Assembly (NCBI GenBank): GCA_010909165.1
Contig: MU008155.1
Location: 1,364,001 to 1,428,000, forward strand
Length of the DNA stretch: 64,000 nucleotides
Direction of reading: 5' to 3'
Source of the DNA: Anthoceros angustus
Taxonomy: Eukaryota > Plantae > Anthocerotophyta
Of the stretch, positions 12,927-23,072 are shown piece by piece (position 1 is the first letter of the stretch; each line of letters opens with the position of its first letter). The translations under genes and the position numbers were made by a program. The notes under the pieces were generated by a model. It had not been told where the DNA came from. It saw nothing but the letters and a program-made list of their open reading frames with translations, and ran no database searches.

Positions 12927-14889
12927 GAGGAGCCCCTTCGACTTACGCTAGGGGAGGGGCCCAGGAGGACCCGGGAGGCCAGGAGGATGACGTTGTGGTA
13001 ACGGCCGCCGATCACGCCGAGCCAACCCGATGTGATTCCGGAGAAAGGAGGTCCGCCTCGCGGATCATCCGATTGCGCGCCAATGCTGACGGGAGATTGG
13101 ACCACCAATCCCAAGGCGAACCCGGACCTTCCCCCCACCACGACGAAGGAGATAGGAGGAGGAAATAGGATGGTAGGCGGCCGATTAGGTCGAGGCCATC
13201 ACCGTAATAGGTGTAATAAAGACGCCGACTTGGGCGTAGTATAAGAGGGTCAGCTCCTAAATCATCTTTCTCTTGGTGTTGATGCCGCTGCTCTGCAATT
13301 TGTGTGTCTTCTTGCTAACGTGAGTCCCGAGTCACCGAAAGGTGCACGACCCGGAGAGACCGATCAAGGTTCCGTGACGGACCTAACGTGTGTGGTGTGT
13401 GCAGGAAGGGTGACTGGGGACCCGTGCTGCGTCGAGCGGCCCGCACCGAACGGACCGGAGGGACTCGGGAGGCGTCTGAGCCGGAGGGACTCGGGAGGCG
13501 GCGAGCAGCGGAGGAGGTCCGAACCCCGAGACGAGGCCGGACCTCGAGGTCCGGATCGTAGCCCCGCTTTTCCTAAGACCGATAAGTGTAGTGTGAGTGG
13601 AGAGAGGAACGGACTAGAGGTGCGAGTGACGAACGTGAACGACGGACGCCGAACGGGTCCTTAAACGCTTGGCCACACCGGCCCGTGGCGTGAACGCTAC
13701 AGTAGTTAGATGCGAATCGAATGTGCGTTGAGACCGAATGGACGCAAAGTGAAGTGAGAATCGCCGATGAGGAGCCCCTTCGACTTACGCTAGGGGAGGA
13801 TGGCCGGTGGCCCCAGGAGGACCGAGGCGAGGGAGGATGGCGTTGTGTAGTAGCGGTCGTCGGACCCGCCGTGTAACGGCGATTCGGGAGAGGAGGGTCC
13901 GCCTCGCGGATCATCCGATTAGATGTATAGTCGGGACGGAGATTGGACCACCAATCCCAAGGCGGAACCCGGACCTTCCCCACGAGCGAAGGAGATAGGA
14001 GGAAATAGGATGGTAGGCGGCCGATTAGGGTATCTTGGAGCGGTCATTCGGAATAGGTGTAATAAAGGCGCCGACTTGGGCGTAGTATAAGAGGGTCAGC
14101 TGCCTCAATAAATCATCTTTCTCTTGGTGTTGATGCGCGTTCTTGCAGACCTTTGTGTGTCTTCTTGCTAACGTGAGTCTGAGTCAGCGGCGACACGGCA
14201 ACTCGGAGAAGGATCTTACGGTGGCGGACCTAACGTGTTGTGGTGTGTGCGAGGGGTGGCGGGGACCGTGCTCGTCGAGCGGCCCAGCCGAGCGGACGAG
14301 CGTGTGGCCGGAGGGACTCGGGAGGCGTCTGAGCCGGACGGAAGGCCCGGCGAGCAGCGGAGGAGGTCGGATGTAGCGTCTTTCCTAAGGCGATAAGTGT
14401 AGTGTGAGTGGAGAGGAGCGGACTAGAGGTGCGGTGACGTGAGCGATCTGAGACTTGACAGGTCCTTAAGCGTTTAGCCACACGGGCTGTCACGGTGAGC
14501 GTTGCGAGTAGTTAGATGCGGTGAATGTGCGTTGAGGCGAATGGAAAGTGAAGTGAGAATCGCCGAACGCGGCAAACGGAGCCTATCATTCCCTTGGGAG
14601 CGGACTCCTTCCTACAGCGACACGGGTTGTGGCGGCGGCCGTCGGCAAAAGTCGCGCCACAGAACCCTACCCGCAAGATGCTGCGAACACTGCGAACACT
14701 GCGTTCGGGTGACAGCGACTGCGGCAAGTGAGAGAGTGGTTGGCGTGGACGGGAATCCCGCGTGAATCGCGACGGAAAATTCACGCGTGAGACACCGTCA
14801 TTCGGAAATCGAGCACGATATTCTTATGACGAACAAACCACAAATTTCCGGCCGAGTGAGTCTGTCATAAACGAGACACAAATGTCACA
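12927..14889 (+). repeat. LTR-like region, containing an ~842-bp tandem duplication (12927-13768 / 13769-~14565)
   Basis: Both copies carry GTATAAGAGGGTCAGC (TATA-like) followed by a T/C-rich leader; block ends ...AATGTCACA at 14889. Confidence 0.5.
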
Positions 14890-14945
14890 TCCTTGTCTTT
14901 AATTTCGTCATATTCTGCCTCCTTTTGTAGTAGTCTGTGGTGCCC

Positions 14946-15395
14946 CTAGACATGCAAGATGAAGGGGAACAACGCCAACGGAGGAGACCGCTTGTTGCGC
15001 AGCTTTCGCGCCTCCTGTGCTATCCGGGCGAAAATGATTCGCCCCCTGTTCGCTCGCTTCCCCCTTATGAGGGCATGCAAGAACACAAGCAGATTGTCCC
15101 CCATGTGGTCTACCTTGATGAGCATGTTCGAGTGGATGATGATTTTGGCCACTCCCCTCACCCGTCGGTCCTTCAGGTCCGACATCAACCACCCATTGGA
15201 GGACCTGTGGACGTCTGGCTTCAAGAGTGCGGCCTTTGCCGCTTCTAGCTTACCTTTCCCTTTCAATGGTTCTGGCACCACTCCTCCGATCTCCTCTGCG
15301 GGCCAGTTATACACCGCCCGAAGTGCTTCCCCTGTCCATCGCTTAAGGTCCTCCCTCAAGCTCTTCGAGCAGATTGACTTGTTTGCTGCCGCCAC
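14946..15395 (-). pseudogene. Fragment of a second retroelement accessory ORF in inverted orientation
   Basis: IKVDHMGDNLLVFLHALIRGKRANRGRIIFARIAQEARKL aligns by eye with the 10050-10200 plus-strand region. Confidence 0.55.
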
Positions 15396-16185
15396 TTACA
15401 GGCGTCTGACGCCCACGCCGTGGCCAGCAAGGCGTGGCTCAAGGCGTGGAGGGCACTAGTAGCTGACCGCTGCAGACCGCCTTCTCCCCCAGAAGAGGAA
15501 AACGGGCCAGCTCTCGAACTCCGTCGCCCCCACCAGACCCCAAATGTAGGGAGGCAAAAAAGGAGTTAGCTACCAAATGGGCCAAGGAAGTGGAAGGTCC
15601 GGAGCCAAATGGGCAAGACCTAGGCCTTCTGATTGAGGCCAGAGTACCTGATCCGGACCAACTCCACAGGGCGGTCACCTATACGTCCGCGTTCCAAACT
15701 ATACACAGAACCTCATGTTATTCGATAAAGGTCACCGGATGTCCGGTGCCGGGGCACTTTATGAATTTTGAGAAGGGACCCAATATCATAAGCACAGGGA
15801 CACCGGTACCGAAACTAGGTTGGATTTGCAGTCCTTGCGCGAAGACAAGCTTTTCAGAATAGGTGCCAAAGGTACCGGACATCCGGTGACCTTTGCACCC
15901 CGTTGTCCAGACAAAGGAAATAACTTACGCACACTACTATTATGAACAAGTCTGAAGTCGACAGTTTGCACCAGCATTGAACAAACAACAAAACAGAACT
16001 GCCTATCCTAGCTAAGGGTTCTGTGGCTCAAAAAAAAGGGAAGGAGATCATCCTTGGCCTACTACCCTCCATTGTACATCAACCTCCCTCCCTGTATGTC
16101 GGCACCTACAAAAATCAAGAATAGTAGCCAGTCATCAGCAAACAGCTACAGCTTCAACTGCATTGCAGCTTACTAGTAAAAGCCT

Positions 16186-16620
16186 TCACTCAGACGTAGG
16201 CTCCAGCTTCATATCAGAACCCTCTAATGCTGCCAATGCCTTGGCAGCATTTTCCGCTGCCACCATCACAAGTGCCAGCTCCCTCTGACGCCTCCTTGCT
16301 GACCACACTGCTCCCTCTGCCTCCAGCTCTTCCTTAGACAGCTCCCGCTGTTCAGGCTTTATAGCCATATATGGCATGAACCTTCGCAGCTCCATCTCAG
16401 CTGCCTTCACCTTCTTCCTAGCCAATGTGAGGTCACGCGAGATGTCATGTGGCCTCACAACCCCACCCTCCTCTGGGAAGGAGTCCTCAACTCCTCGGGG
16501 CTCCCTCAATGCAACCTTGATCCCAACTCCCCCCGTGGAACCACACAGAGCTTTGGGGGTGGCAAACGGATGCCACTGGAATCCTAGGTGGCCACTTGCA
16601 GGCAAGGATGCCTCGAGAGG
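16186..16620 (-). CDS. Hypothetical protein, last exon with coiled-coil-like C-terminus; 5' exons unresolved
   Basis: Open frame ending LARKKVKAAEMELRRF...ELSKEELEAEG...RRRQRELALVMVAAENAAKALAALEG...TSE*; upstream TTGCAG acceptors at 16748-16837 and a possible GTGTGT donor at 17082. Confidence 0.4.
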   Translation of the reverse strand, partial: PLEASLPASGHLGFQWHPFATPKALCGSTGGVGIKVALREPRGVEDSFPEEGGVVRPHDISRDLTLARKKVKAAEMELRRFMPYMAIKPEQRELSKEELEAEGAVWSARRRQRELALVMVAAENAAKALAALEGSDMKLEPTSE

Positions 16621-16747
16621 GATGCCCCCACGATTGCACCCTCGAAGAGAACCTCCTCCTGCCCCTCTTCGCTGCAATGTCTGTAGTAGTGACCCATGGC
16701 GGGGACTGGTAGCCGCCACGCCTTATCCTCATAGCTGATGTCCAGGT

Positions 16748-16837
16748 CTGCAACAACACGAGAGCACCAGGTTAGATCTGCAACACCACGAGAGCACCAG
16801 GTTAGATCTGCAACACCACGAGACCACCAGGTTTGAC
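16748..16837 (-). repeat. 3 x 30-bp tandem repeat of an intron 3' end (branch-point-like CTAAC + TTGCAG)
   Basis: Units 16748-16777, 16778-16807, 16808-16837; minus-strand consensus ATCTAACCTGGTGCTCTCGTGGTGTTGCAG. Confidence 0.85.
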
Positions 16838-17580
16838 ACCAGTCTGCGGTTAGCTTTAGGGTTTGGCTCACCAGCATCAGCATGCGCAACTTTGATTAGC
16901 AGCGGCGCACGAAGACAGAAAACCAACAAGACACTGGACAGGAGCACAGATGCACAACAAGAGAGATTCACAGCAACATGGATTGTTGATTGTGTAGCAC
17001 TAAAGCATCAGAATGGCTCAACCGCACAGCAGCAGTAGCGTGTCCTTGAAATTCAAACAGCAGGGCAATTGAAGACACACACCTCTGCGAGTCCCTGCTC
17101 CATAGCGTGCCGTGCACATCCGCAAGGCACACACAGGAGAAGTGCTTCTATAAGGGATATGGAGTAAGGGGCAAATGGCAAAGTACTACCCGGCTCCGGG
17201 CTCGAGTTTACGCCCCCTGCCCCCAACCTACATCCGAAATGTCAAAAGCTCGCAGCCTGCACCACAACTGTCCGAACCTCGAGCCCTACGAAAACCAAAG
17301 GTGCGGCCGAACAGAGAACAAGTGTAATTCTTACAAAAATTAGAAACGACCAGCAACTTTGCCCCGGATGTCCGGCGCAAAAGCCACAATGCATCAACAC
17401 TCTATGCCAAAACAGAAACACAGGATCACACACCCACAGAGACCCTATGTATCTATTATCCTTGACCTCAGCACTCTCTTTGGCCCAACCTAAAAAATTG
17501 AACGAGATTTCTTCCGTGGTGGAAGTTGCATATGCTTGGAGGAGCTGTATAATATTATTATCGAAATAAAATAAATAAAG

Positions 17581-17582
<2 letters not shown>

Positions 17583-17630
<48 letters not shown>
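17583..17630. repeat. (AT)24 microsatellite
   Basis: Perfect dinucleotide run read directly. Confidence 0.98.
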
Positions 17631-17632
<2 letters not shown>

Positions 17633-18810
17633 TAAGATAAAACACGGCTTGTTAAAAGCATAGTTTTGCTCCTAAAATACGCAGCTTATGACGAACGAGA
17701 ATCCGTTACTTATTAGCCTTTGGCCGTTATGTAAGTGCGTGCCGAAAGAGACCTTTGTGGGACGCAAATGGCGATACAGCACAGATAAATGAATTCCGTG
17801 AAGTGTGAAATGAATCTACCTAATCTGAGATCTGCCTAATCTGAGGTATGACGAGCAAGAAATGACTGCTTTGATAACCGAAGGTGAGTAGTTACATGTC
17901 AGTTACCACAACTTCGGGGTGCGTACAAAAAACCACGGGTAACAAGCGTGTTAAGCGGATAAACTCAGGTAAATCGGGACAGTGTGTCTATTTAGAGTAC
18001 CCGGCCGAGCCAGCAAAACGATCTTGCATCTGCACAGCACAGCATAGGTCCAGCTTATTAGCTTAGCTTGTGAGTCCCGCCCGGTGGCCTTCCACGCCAC
18101 TCCTCCTCGCAGGCGTATGATACAATCAAGACGTGCGCTGCTCTGGAGGTTGTCACCGCGCCGGCTTCTTACTGCCTGCGCAGCTCACGCGCCACCGCGC
18201 CATCCTGCCGTTCGCGAGCCCGCGTTCCCGCCATTTTTGTCCTTCCGGAGAGCGCAAGCTGCACTTGGCGGGGCCGCCGGCCCATCCTCGCCCGATCTGC
18301 CTAATCCCTTGGCTGCACAGCAACGCCCAGGTACAATGTCGCTGCCTCGGCTCGTCCTTCTCGCCGTGCTCGGTCCGGGAGCCCGATCCGATCCGCACAT
18401 TTGACCGCCCTTTCTTTTCCTTGTTATTTCTCTGGCCACTGATTGGCCCCGTTCTCAGAGTTTGGTTTGTGTGTGTGTCACGGAATTGCAGGGTTGTAGA
18501 TCTTACCGGCGAGGACGAGCTTGCGTCAGAGGAGCTGGGAATTGGGGTCCTCGAAGCTGACGGGTAACGCGGTGTGGATAGGCGGATTCGTGTTCTTGGA
18601 AAGATCGGTGGCATCGTGCTCGTGTGAGCAGGTTGGGAGGGAGCTCATGCTTTTGGCAGTGGCATTATGCTTCGCAGGGTGTGGATGTCGGGAGCGTGGT
18701 GCGCCGGCGTCGTTTGAGGTTGGAGGGATCGGAATTGTAGAATTTTGCACCGGAGTAGCCTGGGGTCAGGAGGTAATCTACGAGGGGATGTATGAGGCGG
18801 GAGAGATTGG

Positions 18811-21800
18811 ATGCATTCCTTGTGCTGCATGTCCTCTGTCCAGCTGGAGACGAGGTCACCTTCTAGGGTGAGAGCATCTGAAACGCACCATAGGATGTCC
18901 CTTGTTGTAGAAAGTAATGCTGCACCAGCCAAGGCTCAGAAGGCTGGGCCGCCTGTGAAACTTTTGCCTGCTGCTGCGATTTCGCCACTTCAGACCAGCA
19001 ACCAACACCAAACGCATCATTCCATGGCAGAGCTGAATCTCGACAGTGACGACAGCAAGTCTCCATTGGGGACCAGCTCCCGGGTGAAGCCTGTAGATGT
19101 GTCTACAGGCTTCAAAATTAGCGGGGTGCCTGGGGAGGTCCATGACACGGGAGATGCTAGACTAGTGCCCAGCTCTGGGACGAATGTGGCAGGGATTCTG
19201 TATAAGTGGGTCAATTATGGCAAGGGCTGGAAGCGCCGCTGGTTTGTGTTGCAAGAAGGGGTTCTCGGGTACTACAAGGTACATGGGCCGGACAAGGTGT
19301 CCGTGAACCATGAGAGACACAAGGGCTTGCGGTTGATCGGTGATGAGGCACAGCGGCTGATGAAGAAGCAGAAGCAGGGGCATGTGGATGAAAAGCGTCC
19401 CATGAAAGCATTTGGGGAGGTGCATTTGAAGGTGCGTTTCTGGGAATGTTAAGGTATTGATGGCCTGCCTTGTTTGCACCGTGCGACGAAGGCCCTCTGT
19501 CTCTTTTTTGTTCCAGTCATTTTTCTGATACCATCTCACGCAACAGTGTGTCTGCCCAGGTATCCTCTCTGCGCGAAAGTAAGTCCGATGACAAAAAATT
19601 TTACATTTACTCTGGGACAAAGACACTGCATCTTAGAGCAGAAACTAAAGAAGATCGAAGTGCTTGGATGGATGCCCTGCATGCGGCTAAAGACTTATTT
19701 TCGCCCTCATTGGCTATTTTTGCTATGCCCCCACACGATGAAGTTGTTATTTCTACAGACAAGCTTAGGGCTCGTTTAGTTGAAGAGGGACTGAGTGAAG
19801 ACGTGGTAAAGGATTGTGAGAACATCATGCTGGACGAGTTTTCGGAGGTTGAAGACCACCTGAAGGTGCTACAAGCCAGTCGTTTTCTTCTGACTGAAAG
19901 GGTGCGGCAGCTGGAGGTGAGATTCTGAGACTTACGCTATCTCGTCATTGACATTAATATGCAACTTTTTGGAACGTCAAGGTCACGTGACGGCAACAGT
20001 GGACAGCTGACAGGGTTTTTCGTCTTTGCAGGCTGAGAAAGTGGAGCTTGAAACAACTGTGGTGGATGAAATGCAGAGTCAAGCTTATGAGGCCCAGAAT
20101 GCTAGGGTCCCTGGTCTTGGTAAATGCCAAGGTGGGTGAACCTGTACACCCATTTTCCTTACTGGATGTTTGCAGCACCTTATGTATTGGTCTATCTTAA
20201 ATTTCTGGACCATTAGTTGTTGTGTATCTAAACTGCAGTTTTCAAAATGTATGTGGGGTGCTCGCTTGTGATGTATGAGCTCATCAGTTGATTTTTGTTG
20301 TAGGTGCAAGCGAGACAGAATCTGATGATGAAAATGAGAAAGCTGGAGTTGCTGATGCTGAGTCAGATGAAGACGACGATGTCTTCTTCGATACTAGGGA
20401 GTCTTTGGTATCGGACTCTTTCCGTGGATCTTCGGCTACTCTGCGATCCATATCATCTGAGTGGAGCGGGGAAGGTTCAGATTCTCCTGGTCCAAAGGGT
20501 CGGGAAGTTGGTATGGACCTGGTTGGGTTTGACTACCCTGCTGTGAGAAGGAGAACCAAACTTCCTGACCCCAAAGAGAAAGAGAAGGGTGTAAGTTTAT
20601 GGTCTATGATCAAAGATAACATTGGGAAGGACCTTACAAAAGTCTGTCTCCCTGTTTACTTCAATGAGCCTCTGTCATCATTGCAAAGGTGCTTTGAAGA
20701 TTTGGAGTACTCTTACTTGCTTGACAGAGCTTACGAATGGGGAAAAAGGGTAAGCAGCCTTTGTTCTCCTTGGAGGAAGTGGTTTTTTAAGGTGAAATAG
20801 ACGGACGAGGTCAAGCAGAAGACAGCTTAAGTCTTTAGGAACTAGGTCTTTAGAAAATCTGTAGAAAATCTACAAATATTTGTCTAATGTGATTCTTGTA
20901 TTTACCCTGTGCCATGGAGTGACAGGGGAACGGTCTTTTAAGGATGTTGAATGTAGCAGCTTTTGCTGTATCTGGATATGCATCCACCGAAGCTCGGACT
21001 TGCAAACCTTTTAACCCTCTTCTGGGTGAAACATACGAGGCAAGCTATCAAGATAAAGGGCTTCGGTTTTTTTCTGAGAAGGTGAATCCTGGGCCCTCTG
21101 ACTGCAGGTTCAGGTGCAGGATTGTCTCTGGTTTAACTTCAGGCCAGTGCAAACTGGTGTCACCCGTGTCTTGGCTGATGTGGGCTGTTCCTTCACCCAG
21201 GTCAGTCATCATCCAATGATAGTTGCATGTCACTGTGAGGGTAGAGGATGGAAGTTCTGGGGAGACAGTACTCTGAAGAGCAAGTTTTGGGGTCGATCGA
21301 TTCAATTGGACCCAGTTGGCACGCTCACTCTTGAATTCAGTGACGGGGAAGTTTTCCAGTGGAGCAAGGTGCGAAGGGCTCGTCTTTCCGTGCTCTGTAC
21401 TGACCTGCCCGTAGTCTTCCTTGATGTTCTGTTGGGTATATTGAAGGTGTAAAATATATGCTGGTAATGCATTGCTGACAGGTCACAACATCAATATACA
21501 ACCTCATTCTGGGGAAACTGTACTGTGACCATTACGGTACTATGCGGATTCAAGGGAACAGAGACTACTCCTGTAAGCTTAAGTTCAAGGAGCAGTCGCT
21601 CATAGATCGCAATCCCCATCAGGTACCTCCTGAACTGTTTCTGAGTCTAAAATTGCAAGCCCTTCCGGATATGAGGGAGGACTTCGTTTTCCTGTATCAA
21701 TCATCTGGTGGCATACCTTGTTAACCAGGTGCAAGGGTATGTGCATGATAAAGCTGGAGAGAGAGCTGCCACCTTAATTGGAAAGTGGGACGAGGGTATG

Positions 21801-22439
21801 TCCTACGTGGTTGGTGATTTGGCCACAAGGCCAAAAAATTATGACCCTATGACAGAGGCAGAGACGCTGTGGCGAAAAAACCCACCACCAGAGAATCCTA
21901 CACGCTATGGATTAACCGCATTTGCTATAACGCTGAATGAACTCACAAATGGATTGAAGGTAAGCCTACAGCATATTCACGCATCATCATGCTTTCGCAA
22001 GAGCCTCTTGTCACCCTGAATGCTGATATTGGGTCACCAATTCCCGTACAGGAGGAACTGCCACCAACTGATTCTCGGCTTAGACCTGATCAGCGACGCT
22101 TGGAGAATGGAGAGTACGAGGAAGCATTTGCGGAAAAGCTGCGCCTAGAACAACGGCAGCGGCAGGTACAGCTGTCTTTAAGTGTGCTTAATCTGCTCAT
22201 TGATTCCCTTAACAGCAGTCTGACAAGCCTTGGTAAACTGCTCCTCGTAACTCCAGGCAAGAAAGCTGCAAGAAACGGGGTGGCAGCCACAGTGGTTCCG
22301 CAAAGACAACGAGAAGGACCAATACCTGTACAGGGGAGGTTACTGGGAGGCAAGAAAACAACGGCAGTGGACAAAATGTCCTGACATTTTTGGACCAAAC
22401 TTGCCTGACGTGTCGGCCGCTCCAGTTGCTGCTGGATGA
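18811..22439 (+). CDS. ORP1: Oxysterol-binding protein-related protein, ORP1 subfamily (PH domain + ORD), 10 coding exons
   Basis: MHSLCC start; PH domain [21 protein letters not shown]; ORD motifs [42 protein letters not shown]. Exons 18811-19431, 19560-19916, 20032-20131, 20304-20749, 20926-21081, 21201-21368, 21482-21622, 21729-21959, 22052-22165, 22257-22439; all introns GT-AG and frame-consistent. Confidence 0.96.
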
Positions 22440-23072
22440 TTATCTCCAGCGAGTGGGTGCACATTTCTGCTGTATGAGGCAGTTTTGGAGGAGACGGTGT
22501 TACGCACTGCCCTGCTTGTTGTGATGTTAGACTTCACAACGTAGCATGCTCTTTGTGCCTTGGCTCCCTCTGCCCGAGAACTGGGCTGTCATTTGGCCGC
22601 ACGTAATTAGACTACGGGAAGAGCCTCTCAAAGTCTTCAATTCAACTTCACCACTTGTCAGTGAGCAGTTGAGCGAGTTATAGAGTCTGCCACAAGTCGT
22701 AGCGCGACACGCGATAACGGATGAGGTCCGGGGGACAGCTTTTTGGCCGCGCCACATCCAGCCGTCAGGTTGGTGACGGCGAACCAGAGGAATATCCACA
22801 ATCGTTGCAAACTCCTTTGATTGTTACCCCAAAATGTAGCGATTTTCCGCCCGCCCACGCACTCCAGTAGTTTTGTGGCAACAACCTTGCAGACGCGTGT
22901 CGCAGCTGGTGTTGGGACCATCCCGAATCGTGGGCTTGGTTCAAGAATGAATTCAGGAATGTTGGTTGCGTGTGGCTGAATTCTGCTTCTGCTGACCGTC
23001 GGCGTTGCCTAGCACTGTGAGCAGCGGGAGCTGCGAGGCTAAGCCGCTTCGGATGGCAGGGGAGTGAAGGAC

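Larger units (their letters stand above)
2206..14889 (+). mobile_element. Degraded Ty3/gypsy LTR retrotransposon, internal region plus probable 3' LTR region (boundaries uncertain)
   Basis: PBS candidate, RT-RNaseH-IN domain order, 3' accessory ORF, and LTR-like block with TATA ending in ...TGTCACA at 14889. No matching 5' LTR copy found in the window. Confidence 0.75.

Noticed and set aside
17814-17845. 16-bp tandem duplication with CTGA boxes (snoRNA-like)
   Set aside because: No convincing C box / terminal stem or rRNA-complementary guide identified.
18521-18871. Overlapping uORF in the ORP1 leader
   Set aside because: 5' UTR splicing is unresolved, so the ATG may be intronic; no conserved peptide recognised.
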